DNA of 64,000 nucleotides from Escherichia coli (GTDB lineage Bacteria; Pseudomonadota; Gammaproteobacteria; Enterobacterales; Enterobacteriaceae): NCBI RefSeq assembly GCF_003790525.1, contig NZ_CP033635.1; one strand, 5' to 3'. Shown piece by piece: positions 53,931 to 64,000 of this stretch (position 1 is its first letter; each line of letters starts with the position of its first letter). The notes under the pieces were generated by a model. It saw only the letters and a program-made list of their open reading frames with translations, ran no database searches and was not told where the DNA came from. The position numbers and the translations under genes were made by a program.

Positions 53931-54826
53931 TGCTGGAAAAATCTCTGGCAACACTTTTCGCGTTGTTAATTTTAGCAACGCTGATAAACCGTTTTCTGAT
54001 ATGGCGGTTACCGGAGGGAAAAGGGGGTGAGGTTACATTACGTATTCGTACCTGGTGGGGCATCGTCATTTGTTTTTCAATGGTGATTTCAGGTCCACGC
54101 TGGATGACGTTGACGTTTTTTGCGCTGATAAGTTTTCTGGCATTGAAAGAATATTGTACGCTTATATCCGTACATTTTCCGCGTTGGTTATATTGGGGTA
54201 TTCCTCTTAACTATTTGCTTATCGGTTTTAATTGCTTTGAGCTGTTTCTGTTATTTATACCTTTGGCTGGGTTTCTGATATTAGCCACCTGGCGAGTTTT
54301 AGTGGGTGACCCCTCTGGTTTTCTGCATACCGTGAGTGCCATTTTTTGTGGCTGGATAATGACCGTTTTCGCCTTGAGTCATGCCGCCTGGTTATTAATG
54401 TTGCCAACCACAAATATCCAGGGCGGGGCGTTACTGGTGTTATTTCTTTTGGCGTTAACCGAGTCAAACGATATTGCACAGTATTTATGGGGAAAATCCT
54501 GCGGCAGAAGAAAAGTGGTCCCCAAAGTCAGCCCGGGAAAAACACTGGAAGGTCTGATGGGCGGCGTAATCACCACCATGATAGCGTCGATGATCATTGG
54601 ACCGTTATTGACACCCTTAAACGCCTGGCAGGCATTATTGGCGGGGTTACTGATTGGGGTAAGTGGTTTTTGCGGCGATGTAGTGATGTCAGCCATCAAA
54701 CGAGATATTGGTGTTAAAGATAGTGGAAAACTATTACCAGGACATGGCGGACTCCTTGACAGGATTGACTCATTAATTTTCACCGCTCCGGTATTTTTTT
54801 ATTTTATTCGCTACTGCTGTTACTGA
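53930..54826 (+). CDS. ynbB: CDP-diglyceride synthetase (CdsA)-like membrane protein
   Basis: 298 aa; cytidylyltransferase signature SAIKRDIGVKDSGKLLPGHGGLLDRIDS; start overlaps ynbA stop. Confidence 0.88.
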   Translation: MLEKSLATLFALLILATLINRFLIWRLPEGKGGEVTLRIRTWWGIVICFSMVISGPRWMTLTFFALISFLALKEYCTLISVHFPRWLYWGIPLNYLLIGFNCFELFLLFIPLAGFLILATWRVLVGDPSGFLHTVSAIFCGWIMTVFALSHAAWLLMLPTTNIQGGALLVLFLLALTESNDIAQYLWGKSCGRRKVVPKVSPGKTLEGLMGGVITTMIASMIIGPLLTPLNAWQALLAGLLIGVSGFCGDVVMSAIKRDIGVKDSGKLLPGHGGLLDRIDSLIFTAPVFFYFIRYCCY

Positions 54827-54841
54827 AGGAAAATAGAGAAA

Positions 54842-57905
<3,064 letters not shown>

Positions 57906-57914
57906 GCGGATTGA

Positions 57915-57944
57915 GATGTGGACTGAATATCTACAGTCCACATC
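57915..57944. terminator. Bidirectional hairpin between convergent ynbD and azoR
   Basis: GATGTGGACT / AGTCCACATC 10-bp stem, 10-nt loop. Confidence 0.55.
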
Positions 57945-57958
57945 AAAATAGTGTCCGG

Positions 57959-58573
<615 letters not shown>

Positions 58574-58764
58574 TTATAGATGTTTGAATGGGCGATGCCC
58601 CGTTGCTTGTTGACACTTTATTCACAATCCTGCCACAGAGATAGCGCAATAAATCGAAGCCTATGTTCGAATTTATTGAACAACGCATAGAAAGCCGCGA
58701 TGTGGTACTCTACATCTATCATTTAAAAGAAAATTAATCAGGCAGCCTACTGCCCACTAACGTT

Positions 58765-61700
58765 ATGACAGAACAACAAAAATTGACCTTTACGGCCTTG
58801 CAGCAACGGTTGGATTCGCTGATGCTGCGTGACAGACTGCGTTTTTCCCGCCGTCTGCACGGCGTGAAGAAGGTTAAAAATCCTGATGCACAACAGGCCA
58901 TTTTCCAGGAGATGGCGAAAGAGATTGACCAGGCGGCAGGGAAAGTCCTGCTGCGTGAAGCAGTACGACCGGAAATCACTTATCCAGACAATTTGCCGGT
59001 TAGTCAGAAAAAGCAGGACATTCTCGAAGCAATCCGTGATCACCAGGTGGTGATCGTCGCCGGGGAAACGGGTTCCGGTAAAACGACTCAGCTACCGAAA
59101 ATCTGTATGGAACTGGGCCGCGGGATTAAAGGGCTGATCGGCCATACCCAGCCGCGTCGTCTGGCGGCACGAACGGTGGCGAACCGTATTGCGGAAGAGC
59201 TGAAAACGGAGCCGGGCGGTTGCATCGGGTATAAAGTGCGTTTCAGCGATCACGTAAGTGATAACACGATGGTCAAGCTGATGACCGACGGTATCCTGCT
59301 GGCGGAGATCCAGCAAGACCGCCTGCTGATGCAGTACGACACTATCATTATTGACGAAGCGCACGAACGCAGCCTGAATATCGATTTTCTGCTCGGCTAT
59401 TTGAAAGAGTTGCTGCCGCGGCGTCCTGACTTAAAAATCATTATCACTTCCGCGACTATCGACCCGGAACGCTTTTCGCGCCACTTTAATAATGCGCCGA
59501 TTATCGAAGTCTCCGGTCGGACCTATCCGGTGGAAGTGCGCTATCGCCCGATCGTTGAAGAAGCTGATGACACCGAGCGCGATCAGTTGCAGGCGATTTT
59601 TGACGCCGTAGACGAACTGAGCCAGGAAAGCCCTGGCGACATTCTGATCTTTATGAGCGGTGAGCGGGAAATTCGCGATACCGCCGATGCGCTGAACAAG
59701 CTAAATCTGCGGCATACCGAAATCTTGCCGCTTTATGCGCGGCTTTCGAACAGCGAACAGAACCGCGTGTTCCAGTCGCACAGTGGACGGCGCATTGTGC
59801 TGGCGACCAACGTCGCGGAAACCTCGCTGACCGTACCGGGTATTAAATACGTTATCGACCCCGGTACAGCGCGTATCAGCCGCTACAGCTATCGCACCAA
59901 AGTGCAGCGTTTGCCGATTGAGCCCATTTCGCAGGCTTCAGCTAATCAGCGTAAAGGCCGCTGTGGTCGTGTGTCCGAAGGGATCTGTATTCGTCTCTAT
60001 TCCGAAGACGATTTCCTTTCGCGCCCGGAATTTACCGATCCGGAGATTCTGCGTACCAACCTGGCCTCGGTTATTTTGCAGATGACTGCGCTGGGGCTGG
60101 GCGATATCGCTGCGTTCCCGTTTGTTGAAGCACCGGATAAACGCAATATCCAGGATGGCGTGCGTCTGCTCGAAGAACTGGGCGCGATCACCACGGATGA
60201 ACAGGCCAGCGCCTATAAACTGACGCCGCTCGGTCGCCAGCTTTCGCAATTGCCTGTCGATCCTCGTCTGGCGCGTATGGTGCTGGAAGCGCAGAAACAT
60301 GGCTGCGTGCGTGAGGCGATGATTATCACGTCCGCGCTCTCCATTCAGGATCCGCGCGAGCGTCCGATGGATAAACAGCAGGCATCGGACGAAAAACATC
60401 GTCGCTTCCACGACAAAGAATCCGACTTCCTCGCGTTTGTAAATCTGTGGAATTATCTTGGCGAGCAGCAAAAGGCGCTTTCTTCCAACGCCTTCCGTCG
60501 CCTGTGTCGTACCGATTATCTCAACTATCTGCGCGTGCGCGAATGGCAGGATATCTACACCCAGTTGCGTCAGGTAGTGAAAGAACTTGGCATTCCGGTT
60601 AACAGCGAACCGGCGGAGTATCGCGAAATTCACATCGCCTTACTGACCGGTTTGCTTTCCCATATCGGCATGAAAGATGCCGATAAACAAGAATATACCG
60701 GCGCACGTAACGCGCGTTTCTCCATTTTCCCCGGTTCCGGCTTATTTAAAAAGCCGCCGAAATGGGTAATGGTGGCGGAACTGGTAGAAACCAGCCGCCT
60801 GTGGGGGCGCATTGCTGCGCGTATCGACCCGGAATGGGTAGAACCCGTTGCTCAGCATTTGATTAAACGCACCTACAGCGAACCGCACTGGGAACGGGCG
60901 CAGGGCGCGGTGATGGCAACGGAAAAAGTCACTGTTTATGGTTTGCCGATTGTTGCTGCGCGCAAGGTCAACTACAGCCAGATCGATCCGGCGTTATGTC
61001 GTGAACTCTTTATTCGCCACGCTCTGGTGGAAGGTGACTGGCAGACGCGTCACGCATTCTTCCGTGAAAACCTGAAACTGCGGGCCGAAGTGGAAGAGCT
61101 GGAACACAAATCACGTCGCCGCGATATTCTGGTTGATGACGAAACGTTGTTTGAGTTCTACGACCAGCGCATCCGCCACGATGTAATCTCCGCTCGTCAC
61201 TTCGATAGCTGGTGGAAAAAAGTCAGCCGCGAAACGCCTGATTTGCTCAACTTTGAAAAGAGCATGTTGATCAAAGAAGGGGCGGAAAAAATCAGCAAGC
61301 TGGATTATCCGAACTTCTGGCATCAGGGCAATCTCAAGCTGCGTTTGAGCTATCAGTTTGAGCCCGGCGCGGATGCTGACGGTGTGACTGTGCATATCCC
61401 GCTGCCGCGGCTTAATCAGGTAGAAGAGAGCGGGTTTGAATGGCAAATCCCCGGCCTGCGCCGCGAACTGGTGATTGCTCTGATTAAATCGTTGCCGAAA
61501 CCGGTACGCCGTAATTTTGTACCTGCGCCAAACTATGCCGAAGCGTTTTTAGGCCGCGTCAAACCGCTGGAGTTACCGTTGCTCGACAGTCTTGAGCGCG
61601 AGTTACGGCGGATGACCGGTGTTACCGTTGACCGCGAAGACTGGCACTGGGATCAGGTGCCTGATCACCTGAAAATCACCTTCCGCGTGGTGGATGACAA

Positions 61701-62667
61701 AAACAAGAAGCTAAAAGAAGGGCGCTCATTACAGGATCTGAAAGATGCGCTGAAAGGCAAAGTGCAGGAAACGCTGTCTGCGGTGGCGGATGACGGTATC
61801 GAGCAGAGCGGCTTACATATCTGGAGTTTTGGTCAGCTGCCGGAAAGCTACGAACAGAAGCGTGGCAACTATAAAGTGAAGGCGTGGCCAGCGCTGGTGG
61901 ATGAACGCGACAGTGTGGCAATCAAATTGTTTGATAATCCGCTGGAACAAAAGCAGGCAATGTGGAACGGTCTTCGCCGTCTACTGCTGCTGAATATTCC
62001 ATCGCCGATCAAATATTTGCATGAAAAGTTACCGAACAAAGCCAAGCTGGGGCTGTACTTTAACCCGTATGGCAAAGTGCTGGAGCTGATCGACGACTGT
62101 ATCTCCTGCGGGGTGGATCAACTGATCGACGCCAATGGTGGCCCGGTCTGGACGGAAGAAGGCTTTGCTGCGCTGCATGAAAAAGTCCGTGCTGAACTGA
62201 ACGACACGGTGGTGGATATTGCGAAGCAGGTCGAGCAAATCCTCACTGCGGTGTTCAATATCAATAAACGTCTGAAAGGGCGGGTGGATATGACTATGGC
62301 GCTGGGGCTTTCTGACATTAAAGCGCAGATGGGCGGGTTGGTATATCGCGGTTTTGTCACTGGTAACGGCTTCAAACGGTTGGGCGACACGCTGCGTTAT
62401 TTGCAGGCGATTGAAAAACGACTGGAAAAACTGGCGGTTGATCCGCATCGTGACCGTGCTCAGATGCTGAAAGTCGAAAACGTCCAGCAGGCGTGGCAGC
62501 AATGGATCAACAAACTGCCGCCCGCACGTCGTGAGGATGAAGACGTGAAAGAGATCCGTTGGATGATAGAAGAGTTGCGCGTTAGTTACTTCGCTCAACA
62601 ACTTGGTACGCCTTATCCGATTTCAGATAAGCGTATTTTGCAGGCGATGGAGCAGATTAGCGGTTAA
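58765..62667 (+). CDS. hrpA: ATP-dependent RNA helicase HrpA (DEAH-box)
   Basis: 1300 aa; GETGSGKTTQ Walker A; DEAH (IIIDEAHERS); helicase C-terminal domains. Confidence 0.95.
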   Translation: MTEQQKLTFTALQQRLDSLMLRDRLRFSRRLHGVKKVKNPDAQQAIFQEMAKEIDQAAGKVLLREAVRPEITYPDNLPVSQKKQDILEAIRDHQVVIVAGETGSGKTTQLPKICMELGRGIKGLIGHTQPRRLAARTVANRIAEELKTEPGGCIGYKVRFSDHVSDNTMVKLMTDGILLAEIQQDRLLMQYDTIIIDEAHERSLNIDFLLGYLKELLPRRPDLKIIITSATIDPERFSRHFNNAPIIEVSGRTYPVEVRYRPIVEEADDTERDQLQAIFDAVDELSQESPGDILIFMSGEREIRDTADALNKLNLRHTEILPLYARLSNSEQNRVFQSHSGRRIVLATNVAETSLTVPGIKYVIDPGTARISRYSYRTKVQRLPIEPISQASANQRKGRCGRVSEGICIRLYSEDDFLSRPEFTDPEILRTNLASVILQMTALGLGDIAAFPFVEAPDKRNIQDGVRLLEELGAITTDEQASAYKLTPLGRQLSQLPVDPRLARMVLEAQKHGCVREAMIITSALSIQDPRERPMDKQQASDEKHRRFHDKESDFLAFVNLWNYLGEQQKALSSNAFRRLCRTDYLNYLRVREWQDIYTQLRQVVKELGIPVNSEPAEYREIHIALLTGLLSHIGMKDADKQEYTGARNARFSIFPGSGLFKKPPKWVMVAELVETSRLWGRIAARIDPEWVEPVAQHLIKRTYSEPHWERAQGAVMATEKVTVYGLPIVAARKVNYSQIDPALCRELFIRHALVEGDWQTRHAFFRENLKLRAEVEELEHKSRRRDILVDDETLFEFYDQRIRHDVISARHFDSWWKKVSRETPDLLNFEKSMLIKEGAEKISKLDYPNFWHQGNLKLRLSYQFEPGADADGVTVHIPLPRLNQVEESGFEWQIPGLRRELVIALIKSLPKPVRRNFVPAPNYAEAFLGRVKPLELPLLDSLERELRRMTGVTVDREDWHWDQVPDHLKITFRVVDDKNKKLKEGRSLQDLKDALKGKVQETLSAVADDGIEQSGLHIWSFGQLPESYEQKRGNYKVKAWPALVDERDSVAIKLFDNPLEQKQAMWNGLRRLLLLNIPSPIKYLHEKLPNKAKLGLYFNPYGKVLELIDDCISCGVDQLIDANGGPVWTEEGFAALHEKVRAELNDTVVDIAKQVEQILTAVFNINKRLKGRVDMTMALGLSDIKAQMGGLVYRGFVTGNGFKRLGDTLRYLQAIEKRLEKLAVDPHRDRAQMLKVENVQQAWQQWINKLPPARREDEDVKEIRWMIEELRVSYFAQQLGTPYPISDKRILQAMEQISG

Positions 62668-62691
62668 CACTGCTATTTGCCTGATAAATCT

Positions 62692-62726
62692 AAAACCCGG
62701 TAAGCATTTAGCGCCGGGTTTTTTAT
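62692..62726 (+). terminator. Probable terminator of hrpA
   Basis: ACCCGG ... CCGGGT stem followed by TTTTTT. Confidence 0.5.
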
Positions 62727-62939
62727 TAATTCTAAAAACGGTATGGGAAAAAATTCAGGAGTTCAGAAAAATACAATTCTCTGCTGCAAGATGAATAATG
62801 TTTATCTACAGCATTTCCTTAAAAGATATGTCAGGCTTGCGGAGTGGTAGTTAAGGAAATACGACTTCCTCCTTTCAGAGTGCTCCGCTTCTCACTATTA
62901 TCTCACGCAGTATTCTTAAGGGAACGATAAGGAGGAACC

Positions 62940-63740
62940 ATGAACATTACCCCGTTTCCGACGCTTTCGCCGGCAACCATAGATGCCATAAATGTTATCG
63001 GTCAGTGGCTGGCGCAGGATGATTTCTCCGGTGAGGTGCCGTATCAGGCCGATTGCGTGATCCTTGCAGGCAATGCGGTTATGCCGACTATCGATGCGGC
63101 ATGTAAGATTGCCCGCGATCAGCAAATTCCTTTACTGATTAGTGGTGGTATCGGTCACTCGACAACTTTTTTGTATAGCGCCATCGCACAGCATCCGCAC
63201 TACAACACTATCCGCACCACTGGCAGAGCTGAAGCTACCATCCTGGCGGATATCGCTCATCAGTTCTGGCACATTCCGCATGAAAAAATCTGGATTGAAG
63301 ACCAGTCAACAAACTGCGGTGAAAACGCACGCTTTAGCATCGCGCTATTGAATCAGGCCGTAGAACGAGTTCACACAGCTATCGTTGTTCAGGACCCCAC
63401 CATGCAGCGGCGCACGATGGCGACGTTCCGCCGTATGACCGGGGACAATCCCGATGCACCACGCTGGTTAAGTTATCCCGGATTCGTTCCTCAGTTAGGA
63501 AATAACGCAGACAGTGTAATCTTTATTAATCAGTTACAAGGATTATGGCCGGTTGAGCGTTATCTATCACTACTCACTGGCGAGCTGCCGCGTTTACACG
63601 ATGATAGCGATGGCTACGGTCCCCGCGGGCGAGATTTTATCGTTCACGTTGATTTTCCGGCAGAAGTCATCCAGGCATGGCAAACGCTGAAACACGATGC
63701 GGTGCTCATCGAGGCGATGGAAAGTCGCTCGTTACGTTAA
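62940..63740 (+). CDS. ydcF: DUF218 (YdcF) family protein
   Basis: 266 aa; SD AAGGAGGA 5 nt upstream. Confidence 0.88.
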   Translation: MNITPFPTLSPATIDAINVIGQWLAQDDFSGEVPYQADCVILAGNAVMPTIDAACKIARDQQIPLLISGGIGHSTTFLYSAIAQHPHYNTIRTTGRAEATILADIAHQFWHIPHEKIWIEDQSTNCGENARFSIALLNQAVERVHTAIVVQDPTMQRRTMATFRRMTGDNPDAPRWLSYPGFVPQLGNNADSVIFINQLQGLWPVERYLSLLTGELPRLHDDSDGYGPRGRDFIVHVDFPAEVIQAWQTLKHDAVLIEAMESRSLR

Positions 63741-63936
63741 AAATTGCCCGTTTGTGAACCACTTGTTTGCAAACGGGCATAACTCCTGCCTTTTATTTCT
63801 GCCTCTTATTCCTTTTACACTTGTTTTTATGAAGCCCTTCACAGAATTGTCCTTTCATGATGCCGTCTCTCTGATGATTGATGTTAATTAACAATGTATT
63901 TACTAAAAACAAACATATAAATCACAGGAGTCGCTC

Positions 63937-64000
63937 ATGTCAGTACCCGTTCAACATCCTATGTATATTGATGGACAGTTTGTTACCTGGCGTGGAGACG
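63937..64000 (+). CDS. aldA: Lactaldehyde dehydrogenase, 5' end only
   Basis: MSVPVQHPMYIDGQFVTWRGD with SD ACAGGAG; truncated by window end. Confidence 0.8.
   Translation, partial: MSVPVQHPMYIDGQFVTWRGD

Overview
This window reads as a contiguous Escherichia coli chromosomal segment running from the 3' end of ycjT to the 5' end of aldA (the K-12 ycjT-tyrR-fnr-abg-dbpA-ttcA-ompN-ydbK-ldhA-ydbA-hrpA-aldA neighbourhood). All gene names are assigned from my memory of protein N-termini, motifs and gene order; no database search was run. I call about 55 protein-coding genes, three known small RNAs (McaS, FnrS, MicC), REP/BIME elements and several hairpin terminators. Compared with the K-12 layout as I remember it, this strain lacks the Rac prophage next to ttcA and the feaRB-tynA-paa block between ydbL and ydbA, has an uninterrupted ydbA autotransporter (no IS2/IS30), apparently intact ycjV and ymjC, and a ydbD reading frame split in two at an A-rich tract. 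I found no integrase, transposase, CRISPR array, toxin-antitoxin pair or recognisable defence-system ORFs, so I do not see evidence of a novel mobile or defence system here. The most interesting material is: the uncharacterised ynbABCD lipid-enzyme-like operon; a 57-codon proline-rich upstream ORF with a PPP motif immediately 5' of dbpA; a roughly 17-copy 21-bp in-frame tandem repeat inside ydbA; the ydbD frame break; and a 30-bp direct repeat upstream of both mpaA and mppA that brackets the ymjC-ymjD-ycjY-pgrR cassette.
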